Of a DNA stretch of 64,000 bases, positions 48,701 to 58,064 are shown piece after piece. Under the pieces are notes generated by a model. The model worked only from the letters and a program-made list of their open reading frames with translations, made no database searches and had not been told where the DNA came from. Position 1 is the first letter of the stretch, and every line of letters starts with the position of its first letter. This DNA comes from Candidatus Latescibacterota bacterium. GTDB taxonomy: Bacteria > Latescibacterota > UBA2968 > GCA-2709665. A program made the translations under genes and the position numbers. The stretch spans positions 992,001 through 1,056,000 of the forward strand of contig OZ242358.1 in NCBI GenBank assembly GCA_965208835.1, in the 5' to 3' direction.

Positions 48701-49021
48701 GATGAACAGAAAATGCCCTATTATGCGGGCACGGTTGTATATACGAAGGATATGACGTTTGCCGAGCCTCCCGAGTCCGAGCAGTTCGTCTTCTCGCTCG
48801 AGGAGGAACTGAAGGACGTTACCGATATTGTCGAGGTGACCATCAATGGCCGCTCCCTGGGGACGAGAGCATGGGCGCCGTACAAGTGGACGGCCAGGTC
48901 CGAATGGCTCAAAACCGGGAAAAACCGTATTGTCGTCCGGATGACCAACACGCTTTCCAGGTTGCTCACCGGATGTGAGTTTGAAAGCCGCACCCATTCC
49001 CTGAAACCCGTCGAGCTGTAG
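45779..49021 (+). CDS. Large glycoside hydrolase (GH106 alpha-L-rhamnosidase-like)
   Basis: F.NPP..YR..PSWAWN, VWLHDE, RYDYF, PPSIFHQNPYW and a C-terminal beta-sandwich PYYAG...NG...WAPY. Confidence 0.8.
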   Translation: MMDTSTFLNPPAPYRILPSWAWNSTIEEGEIVRQIREMSEKGLGGFCLSSGPGLRIPYLSRIWFDRVRLAVETARECGLQVWLHDEFPHPHGLSGGQVSLGHPQYRGQHLTFDEITVQGGQQVDMELPWGTVLRALAVPLKRDRCLWESVEDIGDYIGANQRHEIYREHDVDGEYHNKRFLARHLTHRLFWKAPPGRWRVLVFIQRESDAEEPHGIHFDPFNADAVACYLETTHGRYASGLADGFGGAIQGILTTEAFSIPGRWPWSPTLPGVFRERNQYDLLNCLPALMTYFGPNTARIRYDYFQTLSEMLRDNYHKAFETWCAKHNVLHASDVTVFRNAHRRNVHIPGTCGGGEKIGGFRDRDANAAAYRRNPRFSVSVHDGGRAFNTCFQDTGWSLTLQDMKWTIDRMGALGANLFHAQGLSYTLDGLRKHHCPPSIFHQNPYWKHFRLLADYTGRLSYALSQGRRRPNLALLDPVTSLWAHLGSPGLGWQYIGYDEDEAKLTQRLATDWAYLIESLCQMQRDFDTVDPEVLAAARVTGNRLQTEEGSYDVLILPPIANLERDAFECIRQFINAGGKVICLGLLPIEDIQEGPSVVEAFSRLTDMEPGRMRRDYSGHELGVHLIQRGDLYFIRTGGSVEKNRGARMLSDLLHRILPPDVIVETDKKNGSAIMAQRRETPNGDLFFFANTDRNAFTSRVTVQVPSHRRKVERWDLETGRRSPMAAERDADRIQFNLNFDRLQSHLIVVSEDKPQPLTESETPAVLRPDANGAWKVDAEEDNCLRMDRFQMQLDPQNKGIEQGWHKPGYRDNRWTSITPKPVIDQIGDLPSLSGLPFTFNSGGEGETAGPDIRFPLVCWFRTAFSADVVPSKLSLVMDRSAILGNYQIYLNGVRLPGKAFRPTFRYDHNNVTCAVVRRVNTGRNVLAIRVELDNLDQGLVDAFYLFGKFGVRRWLNHYLRMVAPVDRGFPGELDEQKMPYYAGTVVYTKDMTFAEPPESEQFVFSLEEELKDVTDIVEVTINGRSLGTRAWAPYKWTARSEWLKTGKNRIVVRMTNTLSRLLTGCEFESRTHSLKPVEL

Positions 49022-49123
49022 GTGACTCGCCGCAGGCGGCGCGGATCGACTACGTAAACAGGGTAACCGGATGAGCCGTTTGGCCCGATCTCCAGGGTCG
49101 GATATACCGGATTGCGAAAAGAC

Positions 49124-49151
49124 AGAGCGGCCTCAATTAGAGGTCGCTTTT
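49124..49151 (+). terminator. Intrinsic terminator
   Basis: agagcggcctc-aatta-gaggtcgctttt. Confidence 0.6.
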
Positions 49152-49213
49152 GTGTTGAAATCACGAGCGGAAATCGCCAATCCCGACGGAGTACCTTTCA
49201 AACGGAGACGAAT

Positions 49214-49483
49214 ATGAAAAAAGGATGGATCGCGGCAGGCGTGATGGCAGCGCTTCAGGGATTTCTCTTGCTGGCGGCAGGGCTCATCTTCGCGGCCCTG
49301 TTCCTCATCAAGATCCTCTGGGCGTGGACGATTCCCGATCTCTTTCCCGGCGCGGTGGAACAGGGACTCATCGCGGGTGAAATTTCGTGGTTTGCATCCC
49401 TGAAGCTGGCCCTGTTCCTCGGCATCCTGTCGGCGATTGTCGGTAACAGAAGCGTGTCCACGTCGTACTCCAGCTCCAGATAG
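49214..49483 (+). CDS. Small membrane protein
   Basis: GGAG RBS and two or three hydrophobic helices (IKILWAWTIPDLFPGAV). Confidence 0.7.
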   Translation: MKKGWIAAGVMAALQGFLLLAAGLIFAALFLIKILWAWTIPDLFPGAVEQGLIAGEISWFASLKLALFLGILSAIVGNRSVSTSYSSSR

Positions 49484-49533
49484 AAAAAGCCCTGCGTTTT
49501 CAGACGATTGTCTTCTGGAGACAGGAAAGTCAA

Positions 49534-50292
49534 TTGAACTTCGACGACAGCACCTACTTCAAGGCATACGATCACAATTATCGTGTCGCGTATGAAGAAG
49601 GCCTGGCGTTCCTTGGTGAAGGTGGATCGCAGGGGGTACTTCGGCGTCTGGAGGGAATGCTCCGAAAAGTCACGCACTCGCCGCCGGAAACCCGGATACT
49701 GGACGTGGGATGCGGGGACGGCACTGTCGGACTCTTTCTGGTCGGACTGGGATATCGATACCTGGGTATCGACATCTCGGAGGCAGCCATCGTACGCGCA
49801 AGACAGCGGTGTGCGGAAGCCGGTGCAGGCGCGAAATTCGAGGTTGCGAATGCGCTGGTTCCGGATACCTTGCCGGCACACGGGTTCGACATCGTCCTGG
49901 ACTGCTTTTGCTTCAATATGCTGGTTGTCGACGCGCACAGGAAAGACTACCTTGGAAACGTGAGACGGGCCATGCGGGACGGAGGATATTTCATCCTGTT
50001 CGGTTCGCATGACACGAACGCCTGCGAGGGTCCGGTGGATTCGTTCGCAGGGTTCTGCAGGAAGACGGGCGCCAATACGTCCGGCGTCCCTCTCCAGAAG
50101 CGCCAGGGAGACCGTTGGGTGGCCGTGAATGGCAAGATTGTATTCCTGATAGGCCGCTCACAGAGTTTGAAGGGATATCGCGAGGAAGTGACCGCGGCGG
50201 GTTTCAGGATCCTGTACCGTACGACCTATCGTCGTGACCGCCGTGACGCGGGATTCCTGATGCGGAAGGAAATGGATGCGCCTGAATCGTAA
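49534..50292 (+). CDS. Class I SAM-dependent methyltransferase
   Basis: ILDVGCGDG, GIDISEAAI and FDIVLD. Confidence 0.85.
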   Translation: MNFDDSTYFKAYDHNYRVAYEEGLAFLGEGGSQGVLRRLEGMLRKVTHSPPETRILDVGCGDGTVGLFLVGLGYRYLGIDISEAAIVRARQRCAEAGAGAKFEVANALVPDTLPAHGFDIVLDCFCFNMLVVDAHRKDYLGNVRRAMRDGGYFILFGSHDTNACEGPVDSFAGFCRKTGANTSGVPLQKRQGDRWVAVNGKIVFLIGRSQSLKGYREEVTAAGFRILYRTTYRRDRRDAGFLMRKEMDAPES

Positions 50293-50302
50293 AGGAAGCA
50301 TT

Positions 50303-50995
50303 ATGCCGACTCTCCCGCGTGGAGACGTCGTACAATCCGGCGCTCACGACGCCTTGCCACGAAAGACGGACTACAACGGCAAGTTTGTTACCCTGTCGCC
50401 GGTCAGCCCGAAAGCCGACGCCGGGGAACTCTTCGAGGGCTCCCACGGGTCCGAAATGTATGAGCAGATATGGACTTACATGGGTTACGGCCCATTTGAC
50501 AACGTGCAAGCCATGCGAGCGTGGCTCGAGGATTGGGTGGGGTCGAACGATCCGCTCTTCTTTACCGTCCACCATCGTGAGTCTGGCCGGCGGGTCGGGA
50601 TGGCGAGTTTCCTGAACATCGCTTCGGATATGAGACGCCTGGAGCTGGGCCACATCTGGTATTCGCCGGATTCTCAGCAGTCGAACGTCAATACCGAGGC
50701 TGTGTACCTGATGCTTTGCGAGGCCTTCGACACGCTCAAATACCGGCGGGTCGAATGGAAATGCGATTCGCTGAACGAGCGATCCCGATTGGCGGCCCTG
50801 CGTCTAGGCTTCCGGTTCGACGGGATTTTCAGACAACACATGATCATTAAGGGACGAAACCGGGACACAGCCTGGTACGCGCTCATGGACAGCGAGTGGC
50901 CCGAGGCCAGGAAGAACATGCGGAAGTGGTTGTATCAGAACCCGGGTGGGCGGTTGTCACTGAGGAAACTCAATGGTGCTGAGCCCGTAGTCTGA
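50303..50995 (+). CDS. GNAT (RimJ/RimL-like) acetyltransferase
   Basis: LELGHIWYS, YRRVEWKCDSLN and KGRNRDTAWY. Confidence 0.9.
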   Translation: MPTLPRGDVVQSGAHDALPRKTDYNGKFVTLSPVSPKADAGELFEGSHGSEMYEQIWTYMGYGPFDNVQAMRAWLEDWVGSNDPLFFTVHHRESGRRVGMASFLNIASDMRRLELGHIWYSPDSQQSNVNTEAVYLMLCEAFDTLKYRRVEWKCDSLNERSRLAALRLGFRFDGIFRQHMIIKGRNRDTAWYALMDSEWPEARKNMRKWLYQNPGGRLSLRKLNGAEPVV

Positions 50996-51088
50996 CCAGC
51001 GGTTTGAATCGTTCTGCCCCCTCGGAATATCCGACGCCAGACCTGCGCTCAGTGATAGACATTTTCGCTACAAACCATACCTGGAGGT

Positions 51089-51505
51089 ATGCGACCTATG
51101 ACGCCGTGGAAGATCAATCTGGACGACGTGCCTGAAGAACATCAGAAGTGGTCGTGGAGCACTGGAAACTACGAACGCTATCGTCGCCATGTCTCGGTTG
51201 CTCTGGGAAACTCCCCGGAAACGCCACATCCGTTCGACGTTGAACTGACGCGCCTGCCCCCGGGCGCGCGCCCGTGTCCCGTGCATTCGCACGACCGGAT
51301 GTGGGAGTTCTTCATCGTCGTATCGGGCCGCGCCGTGGTGGACCGCGAAGGGGAATCCACCGAAGCCGTCGCCGGAGACTGCTTCATGCAGCCGGCCTGC
51401 ACACGGCACCGGATCCGGAACGCCAGCGACACCGAAGACCTGGTCTTCTACGTGATCGCCAACGACCCCGGCGTTCCCATTGTGAGCCGCAAATACGAGG
51501 TCTGA
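51089..51505 (+). CDS. Cupin domain protein
   Basis: PVHSH...EFFIVVSG...H motif with a GGAGG RBS. Confidence 0.85.
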   Translation: MRPMTPWKINLDDVPEEHQKWSWSTGNYERYRRHVSVALGNSPETPHPFDVELTRLPPGARPCPVHSHDRMWEFFIVVSGRAVVDREGESTEAVAGDCFMQPACTRHRIRNASDTEDLVFYVIANDPGVPIVSRKYEV

Positions 51506-51685
51506 TCGGGGCCAGCGAAGCGCACAGCCCGCCCGCCCGCCGTAGTCATCCAACGCGAACGCTCGTACCCGCGGGTTCCCCGTTGACGCCATGCCGGGCG
51601 AACTTCCGGTGCCTGTCATCGGATCGCCGAATCACCTCCACCGACAGTCACGTATTGATATACTCAACGCGCTTGGGGAGTCAAT

Positions 51686-52573
51686 TTGGGGTTCTCGATC
51701 TCCGCAGGTGAGATCTTTGGACTGTCTTGCTCGCTGGTCTGGGCGGTGAACAGCCTGATGGTCCGCACGCAGTCGCAGGCCATCCCGCCGGCGATGATGA
51801 ACGGCATCCGGTGCGCCGTGGCCACGGTCTTCTTCTGGGCGATGCTTCCGTTCGAACCGCCGCTTTCCAGCTATTCACTGGTAACCGGAACAGAATGGGC
51901 GCTTCTGGTGGGCGGCCTGCTGATCGGGATGGCCGTTGGCGAAACGATGTACCTCGCGGCGATCAAGGAGATCGGCGTATCCCGCGCGATGGCGATGTCG
52001 GGGACCTTCCCGCTGTCCACGTTTTTCTTCGAGTGGGCCCTGCTGCAGAATCCGTTCAGCCGGCGCTTCTTCCTGGGAATCTGCCTCGTGGCCGTGGGGG
52101 TCATCTTTCTTTCAAGCCGGTCTCGACAGCCTGCCCGTGAGCGGCCCGACCGGCTCGTGCTTGGCACCTTTCTCGCGCTGTTCGCCTGCCTGCTTTGGGG
52201 CCTGAGTACGGTAATGCTCAAACCGGCGATCGCAAATATGACGTCGGTACAGGCCAACAGCGTCCGCGTGCCGCTCACGGCCGCCGTTCTCTTTCTCGCC
52301 CGCGCATGGGCGGGACCGGTGATGCGCATCCGGGATATCGACAGGCGGGCGCTGTTTATTGTCGCCGCGAGCGGGATTGTGGGCGTGGGCGGCGGATCGT
52401 TGCTGTATGTGATGGCGATCGCCCGGATCGGCCCCGCGAAGATGGCCACGCTTGCGTCTGTGTCTCCGGTCCTGGGGATGTTGATGTCGGTGTTCTTGCT
52501 CAAGGAGAAGCTGACGCTGCCGCTGCTGGCGGGCGTGATACTCTGTGTGAGCGGCGTGTGGATGGTACTGTGA
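51686..52573 (+). CDS. DMT/EamA family transporter
   Basis: About 10 hydrophobic helices in two repeats and an LKEK motif. Confidence 0.88.
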   Translation: MGFSISAGEIFGLSCSLVWAVNSLMVRTQSQAIPPAMMNGIRCAVATVFFWAMLPFEPPLSSYSLVTGTEWALLVGGLLIGMAVGETMYLAAIKEIGVSRAMAMSGTFPLSTFFFEWALLQNPFSRRFFLGICLVAVGVIFLSSRSRQPARERPDRLVLGTFLALFACLLWGLSTVMLKPAIANMTSVQANSVRVPLTAAVLFLARAWAGPVMRIRDIDRRALFIVAASGIVGVGGGSLLYVMAIARIGPAKMATLASVSPVLGMLMSVFLLKEKLTLPLLAGVILCVSGVWMVL

Positions 52574-52698
52574 CGAGAGTGGACTATCGAGACCACACAC
52601 ACTCGTGTGTGTAGGCCGTGTGTCTATGGTTCGTCGGTTGGGGTTCAGTTCAGTACCCGGGCTGCGGCAGATGGACCGGGAAAACACTGGGCGAGCTA

Positions 52699-52905
52699 GT
52701 GCCCTGTCCCTAAAATTCCTCACCATTCAACCGCCGATTCATCCCGCCTCGCTACGTTGCTTGTGCTGAGCCTGTCGAAGTGCCCTCGCTCGTCGACCTT
52801 TCGCAGGTCGCCTGCGCTCCGTCACTGGTTCCTGAGCCTGTCGAAGGATGCGAGCCGGGCGACTCGTCAGTCCAATATTGGCAACTTATTTCAGGGACAG
52901 AACAC
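52699..52905. mobile_element. MITE family C, long copy with nested CTGAGCCTGTCGAAG repeats
   Basis: TIRs GTGCCCTGTCCCTAAAAT / ATTTCAGGGACAGAACAC with TA on the left. Identical 15-mers at 52766 and 52832. Confidence 0.75.
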
Positions 52906-52907
52906 CT

Positions 52908-53627
52908 GTGATTCGAGAAATCCTGGATGACCTGTTCGGCAGGGAACTGCTCGACGCCCACGCGGATGAATGGGGAATTGCAGATCATTGCGGACATCCG
53001 TCCGCGGTGGGTTATGCGACCACGATTACGCAGGAGACGATTCGGGCGGCCGTCGATTTGAATGTGGACCTCATCGTCACGCACCACGACGCCTGGGATT
53101 TCATGTTCGAGCAGCGGGACGAGGTCCAAACCCTGTTGAAGGAAAACGGTCTCACGCACGTGTGGGCGCACCTCCCTCTGGATCTTGCGGATTTCGGGAC
53201 CTCTGCAACGCTGCTGTCGGAGCTGGGTTGTTCTCAGGTGGCGGTATTGCCTCATGCGGAAGCGAGAGTGGGCGAATTCTCCGAGCCTGGCAGCCTGGCT
53301 ACGGTGCAAGCGAGCCTCACATCACTGTTGTCCGAAGCGCCGTGCAGAGTGCACGACGCCGGCCGACCTGTGCTGAGGGTGGCAGCGGCAACCGGTGCGG
53401 GAATCTATACCACGCTTGTAAGAGATGCGCTGAGTTACGATATCGACCTCTACATCACCGGGGAGACGAATCTCTACCTGCTGGAGTACGCGAAATATAA
53501 AGACGTCAACGTATTGGTGTATTCGCACAACTATACCGAACTGCCCGGTGTACGCGCCTTCGCGGATAGAATCGCCGGCGCGCTCAGTCTCGATATGAAG
53601 GGACATCTCGGGGATTCACACTGGTAG
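52908..53627 (+). CDS. Nif3-like dinuclear metal centre protein
   Basis: LIVTHH, AHLPLD, TGAG, YITGE and HNYTE. Start codon uncertain. Confidence 0.82.
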   Translation: MIREILDDLFGRELLDAHADEWGIADHCGHPSAVGYATTITQETIRAAVDLNVDLIVTHHDAWDFMFEQRDEVQTLLKENGLTHVWAHLPLDLADFGTSATLLSELGCSQVAVLPHAEARVGEFSEPGSLATVQASLTSLLSEAPCRVHDAGRPVLRVAAATGAGIYTTLVRDALSYDIDLYITGETNLYLLEYAKYKDVNVLVYSHNYTELPGVRAFADRIAGALSLDMKGHLGDSHW

Positions 53628-53766
53628 CGGCACGTGCTTCGAGTGGACAACGGAATTCCGTTCGAATAATTGTCCTGGCCCCTTGTGTCTTAATTCGACG
53701 GGCGGTATATTTTCAGGGGCATTCAGACGTCTGACAATTGAGAAGACCAAAATCGGAGACTTCGCA

Positions 53767-54027
53767 ATGGCGGATCGAGAACGAAACACGATAGATCTGC
53801 AAAGGGTTGTTTCACGTGATCCTGAAATTCACAGTGGAGATCTCGTATTCGCCGGCACTCGGGTTCCGGTAGACAGCCTTGTGTGTTATCTCAAAGGGGG
53901 GTATTCGATCGAGGAGTATCTCAAGGAATTTCCTTCGGTGCAGCGATGGCAGATCGAATCGTATCTCGAACTCTCCACTGAGGGATTGGATCACTTGAGG
54001 ATGCAGAATGCGGGTGCTTCTCGATGA
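53767..54027 (+). CDS. DUF433 family antitoxin
   Basis: RDPEIHSG..VFAGTRVPV...EYLKEFPSV. Confidence 0.88.
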   Translation: MADRERNTIDLQRVVSRDPEIHSGDLVFAGTRVPVDSLVCYLKGGYSIEEYLKEFPSVQRWQIESYLELSTEGLDHLRMQNAGASR

Positions 54028-54337
54028 GGATATTCCCGTAGGCTTACGGCTCTACTTTCGTTCGGAAGTAGAGGTCGAAACAGTGGAGTACCGGGGCTGG
54101 AAGGGACTGAAAAACGGCGAATTGCTTCGTGTAGCTCAACGACATTTCGATGTTCTGGTTACGATGGACGACAACTTACCGCATCAACAGCCCGTTCGAC
54201 AATTCGACCTGGCGGTGGCGGTCTTGCGTGCATCCAGTGAAGCGCTTGACGACCTGATTGCGGTCGTACCGGAACTCGAACGATTGCTTCCAAGAATTCG
54301 ACCAGGTCAGGCAGTGCGGATCTTTCCCGTGAGGTAG
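54008..54337 (+). CDS. DUF5615 PIN-like toxin
   Basis: MRVLLDEDIP, GWKGLKNGELL and FDVLVTMD. Overlaps the DUF433 stop. Confidence 0.86.
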   Translation: MRVLLDEDIPVGLRLYFRSEVEVETVEYRGWKGLKNGELLRVAQRHFDVLVTMDDNLPHQQPVRQFDLAVAVLRASSEALDDLIAVVPELERLLPRIRPGQAVRIFPVR

Positions 54338-54504
54338 ATTCGCTATTGTGCCGGCCCGCTAACCGCGGAGTCATCCGTGCGATGCTCGTTTCGTGCGCTC
54401 TTTCTCTTCCGCTGGGATGGATAGCAGGTAGCTCGTGGCTCCTCGCCCCAATTTCAGATTCCTACCTCGCACAGCCCCTGCCGACAAGATTCGGAGCACC
54501 TCGA

Positions 54505-55224
54505 ATGGCAGGCATTCCCCGTAAACCGATTCTTACTTCGGAAGAAGCAGCGTTATTCGATCGTGACCTGCCTGAAGTCGTAGAATGGGAGTCCTTCTAC
54601 GCAGAGGGTACGCGGACGCCGCCGTTTCTAAGGAACGTCCCGGACGAGAATCTGGTCGGATTCGTAGAGAAGGGGCGCCTCGAGTCCGGAAGCGCAATCG
54701 ATCTGGGATGCGGGATCGGTCGGAACGCGATCTATCTGGCGAAAACAGGCTTCCGGGTTGACGCCATCGATCTGTCGCGGACCGCGATCAGTCGAGGTCG
54801 TCTGTTTGCAGAGGAAGGGCGGGTTCGCGTCAATTTCGTCATCGGGTCGGTCTTTGACGTGCCATTGCGTGAAAACCGCTACGACGTTGCGTACGACTCC
54901 GGTCTGTTCCATCATTTACCGCCGCATCGAAGGCCAACCTATCTCGACCTGGTTCGAAGGGCGCTGAAGCCGGATGGATTCTTCGGCATGACCTGTTTCG
55001 ACGCGACTGGCGGGCAACCTGTGGAAGACCGGGAAATATACGAACGTGGAAAGATGCCGCCGGGCATCGGCTACTCTGAAGATCGATTGAGAGGCATTTT
55101 GCAGCGCTTTTTCGAGATCGTCGAGCTTCGGCCGATGAAGGTCTGTCCCGAGGACGCCGAAGTACTCGGCATGCCGGGTCTTTGGACCGTTCTGATGAAG
55201 CCGAACAGATCCGCCTCACTGTAG
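54505..55224 (+). CDS. Class I SAM-dependent methyltransferase
   Basis: PDENL, IDLGCGIGRNA and YDSGLFHH. Confidence 0.85.
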   Translation: MAGIPRKPILTSEEAALFDRDLPEVVEWESFYAEGTRTPPFLRNVPDENLVGFVEKGRLESGSAIDLGCGIGRNAIYLAKTGFRVDAIDLSRTAISRGRLFAEEGRVRVNFVIGSVFDVPLRENRYDVAYDSGLFHHLPPHRRPTYLDLVRRALKPDGFFGMTCFDATGGQPVEDREIYERGKMPPGIGYSEDRLRGILQRFFEIVELRPMKVCPEDAEVLGMPGLWTVLMKPNRSASL

Positions 55225-55524
55225 CGCAGTTTGTAATTTACGACAGCGTCTGTGAGAAACGGTTTGGCTGCGACTACGGTAAATTGCTATCTTTAGCTTG
55301 ATTCTGTGGATTCGCGAAAACACCTTTCTTCCGACGCGGACAAGACCAAGACTACTGTAAAGCACTGCTAATGAGCGATTTGTGCCGTTTATTCCCATCA
55401 GTCCTGCGACAGGCCAGACTGAACCACCTTACATTGTTTGATTGCAGAATGCAGTTCGTTTCGTTTTGGCATTCTTGTCCTGTGTCTCAGCGAATCTGAA
55501 GAGATCCCGAGTTTGGAGGTCCCA

Positions 55525-55743
55525 ATGGAAGGCATTTACGTCAGTCGCGACTCGGAAATCATGAGTGGGGCACTGTGTTTCAAGGGAACCCGGGTACCCG
55601 TACAAAACCTATTTGACTACCTTGAGGGAGCCTCTTCCCTCAATGACTTTCTGGATGACTTTCCCTCCGTTTCCCGAGAGGCGGCCGTAGCTGTGCTCGA
55701 GACCGCTAAAGCACGCCTCTTCGCCGATGCGTCTACTTCTTGA
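55525..55743 (+). CDS. DUF433 family antitoxin
   Basis: GGAGG RBS and EIMSGALCFKGTRVPV...FLDDFPSV. Confidence 0.88.
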   Translation: MEGIYVSRDSEIMSGALCFKGTRVPVQNLFDYLEGASSLNDFLDDFPSVSREAAVAVLETAKARLFADASTS

Positions 55744-56047
55744 TGAATCTGTTCCCCGTCCCGTCAGACGATTCCTGCCCGGCCATACCGTACTGACAGT
55801 AGTTGAGATGGGATGGGGCGGCGTCACGAACGGTGAGGTACTCCAGCTCGCTGCATCGGAATTTGACGCTTTCATCACGGTCGACAAGAGTCTTCGGTAC
55901 CAACGGAACCTGTCCGGCCTTCCCATCGCGGTTGTGGTCCTGCATGCTCATTCAAACGAACTTCAGGTCCTGATACCGCTCCTGCCCAGGCTTGAAGAAG
56001 TCCTTGCTTCGCTGCAACCACGTTCCTTCGTTCAAGTCGGGGCATGA
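55727..56047 (+). CDS. DUF5615 PIN-like toxin
   Basis: MRLLLDESVP, MGWGGVTNGEVL and FDAFITVD. Confidence 0.86.
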   Translation: MRLLLDESVPRPVRRFLPGHTVLTVVEMGWGGVTNGEVLQLAASEFDAFITVDKSLRYQRNLSGLPIAVVVLHAHSNELQVLIPLLPRLEEVLASLQPRSFVQVGA

Positions 56048-56211
56048 CAAGCCGCTTCCTTCGACGTCTTTTTCTCTCGATGTTCCACGATGCTTAGACA
56101 AAACTCGCAGTGACGTCAGCTATTGCGAAAGGGAGCGATTACGACCTCTGACGCAATGCGTACAATGTCGGCGTGTAACTTTCCTATTCTTCATGCCTCG
56201 GAAAATAGACA

Positions 56212-56694
56212 ATGAGACCTGCAATCACAACCCGCCGTGCGGTTAAGGCGGACGTCCCGGCGCTCATCGACCTGGCGCAGCGGTCCTGGCTTTCCGGAAA
56301 CTGCGAACTGGCGCCGATTCAGGCTGTGCGGGATTGGATCGAAGCTGATTCCGAGAGCGAGAGGTTTTCGGATATCTGGCCGAAGGTCACGGTCGCGGAG
56401 CAGGGATCCCGAATTCTCGGCCTGACGAGCACCGACGGCCGGGATGTCGCCGATCTGTGGGTCCATTCCTCCTTTCAAAGGCAAGGGATCGGGAGTTTGC
56501 TGTTGCAGGTGGCCGAGGAGGAGATTCAGCGCGCCGGCCATCACACCGCCCGGCTGTGTTATACGGAATACAACGTCGCGGCGCCCCGCTTCTACCACGC
56601 CCACGGGTACACGGAGGCAGGCCGGTCTCCGGAAACGCTTCCTTGCGGGATTGTGCGCGACGTCATTGTGATGGAGAAAAAGCTGAAGAACTGA
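56212..56694 (+). CDS. GNAT family N-acetyltransferase
   Basis: LWVHSSFQRQGIGSLL and N..A.RFY..HG. Confidence 0.88.
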   Translation: MRPAITTRRAVKADVPALIDLAQRSWLSGNCELAPIQAVRDWIEADSESERFSDIWPKVTVAEQGSRILGLTSTDGRDVADLWVHSSFQRQGIGSLLLQVAEEEIQRAGHHTARLCYTEYNVAAPRFYHAHGYTEAGRSPETLPCGIVRDVIVMEKKLKN

Positions 56695-56742
56695 GGAATG
56701 CCAGGGCGATGTGCGACCCGACAGCCGAGGAGGGTGCGATCC

Positions 56743-57126
56743 GTGAGAGTCAAGGCGATCGACTTCGTGATTTCCCACGTGACCGATACGAGGGAGGCGG
56801 TTCGTTTCTATCGCGAAGTGTTGGGGCTGGATCAGGATTTCATCGACGACGGGGTGATCAACGGTGACGGAAGCCGGGACACTTGGACGGAATTCGACAC
56901 GCGTCCAGTCAGCCTGGCGCTGGTGCGCTGGGACGCTGAGGCGGGACGACCGGGGATCGCGCTTGCGGTGGACGACGTGGACGAGGCCGTGGAGGAGCTG
57001 CGCGGGAAGGGCGTCGAAATCGTGATGGAGCCCGCCGATAGCGGTTGCTGCCGCATGGCATGGATCAAGGACCCGTGGGGGAACCTGTTCTGTATCCATC
57101 GGCGAGACGACGGTACCGCGGGTTAG
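56743..57126 (+). CDS. VOC (glyoxalase/bleomycin resistance) family protein
   Basis: AVRFYREVLGL, AVDDVDEA and DPWGN. GAGGAGG RBS before GTG. Confidence 0.88.
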   Translation: MRVKAIDFVISHVTDTREAVRFYREVLGLDQDFIDDGVINGDGSRDTWTEFDTRPVSLALVRWDAEAGRPGIALAVDDVDEAVEELRGKGVEIVMEPADSGCCRMAWIKDPWGNLFCIHRRDDGTAG

Positions 57127-57163
57127 TTATTGTGCGCAAGAACAGGAAGAACCAAGTAGGGGA

Positions 57164-58039
57164 ATGGAAAAGATGGCGAATCGAAAGTTGCAGAATCGGA
57201 CCGCAGCACGTAATGGCGACGCATCTCTACGAGTAGGCGATGTCACGACGCTGGGCGACGAGATCACCCGCGGACTGGGCGAGATCACGCTCGTGCATCC
57301 GCCGGGTACGACACCCATCACGCCGGCCAGCATGATTTCCGTTGAGGCGATAGCCGGCCATGGAGATCTGCTCGAGGGAGTCGGCATCGACTGGGGAAGC
57401 GGTGGAGGATGCCTGTCCGTGATGGCCGCGCGGACGTCCGGGGTAACCCGCGTTGTCGGGCTTGAAATCGACGAAACCAACGTGTCCGTCGCCCGGAGGA
57501 ACGCCAGGTTGAACGGCGTCGAAGAGAAGGTAGAGTTCCTGCGGTCGGACTCATATTCGCCGTTCGCGGATGGCGACAGGCGTACTCTCGAATCGCTCAA
57601 AGGCCGCGCGGATTTCCTGATCGCCAACCCGATTTCGAGCGAAGATGATGACGGATTCGGATATAGACGGACGGTCCTGGGGGGCGCCAGGGAGTTTCTG
57701 CGCGACGGCGGCCGGGTCTTCCTGAGCATTTCGTATCAATACGGCAGACGGAGGATTGCGGGGCTGGAACGCGACGTCCCCGGGTTTTTCCACGAGGGAA
57801 TCCTGGCCAGAAGCGCGTGCGTTCCATTCGATCTCCGGCGATCCGATCTTCTGAACTGTCTGAAGGTGTACGCGAGAGAGGAATCAAGGGGAGGACTGGG
57901 ATACGAATTCTGCAATCCTTTACGACGCGCTCAGGCCATGGATGCGCGTGATTCCCTTGCGTTCTACGAAAGGACCGGCAGGAGCCCCCTGTCGCAATGG
58001 CAGACGCATCTCTTCCGGTACCTTCCACATCGCCTTTGA
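57164..58039 (+). CDS. Class I SAM-dependent methyltransferase (HemK-like fold)
   Basis: IDWGSGGGCL, GLEID, ARRNARLNG and IANP. Confidence 0.78.
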   Translation: MEKMANRKLQNRTAARNGDASLRVGDVTTLGDEITRGLGEITLVHPPGTTPITPASMISVEAIAGHGDLLEGVGIDWGSGGGCLSVMAARTSGVTRVVGLEIDETNVSVARRNARLNGVEEKVEFLRSDSYSPFADGDRRTLESLKGRADFLIANPISSEDDDGFGYRRTVLGGAREFLRDGGRVFLSISYQYGRRRIAGLERDVPGFFHEGILARSACVPFDLRRSDLLNCLKVYAREESRGGLGYEFCNPLRRAQAMDARDSLAFYERTGRSPLSQWQTHLFRYLPHRL

Positions 58040-58064
58040 TTCCTATGTGACAGGGAATCCGCCA

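Noticed and set aside
51558-51590. attC-like ATCCAAC...GTTGACG
   Set aside because: Too short for an attC site and lacks paired L boxes.
55244-55340. Possible fourth MITE (cagcgtctgtgagaaa ... tttcttccgacgcgg) in an AT-richer spacer
   Set aside because: The inverted ends are too degenerate and there is no convincing second copy in the window.
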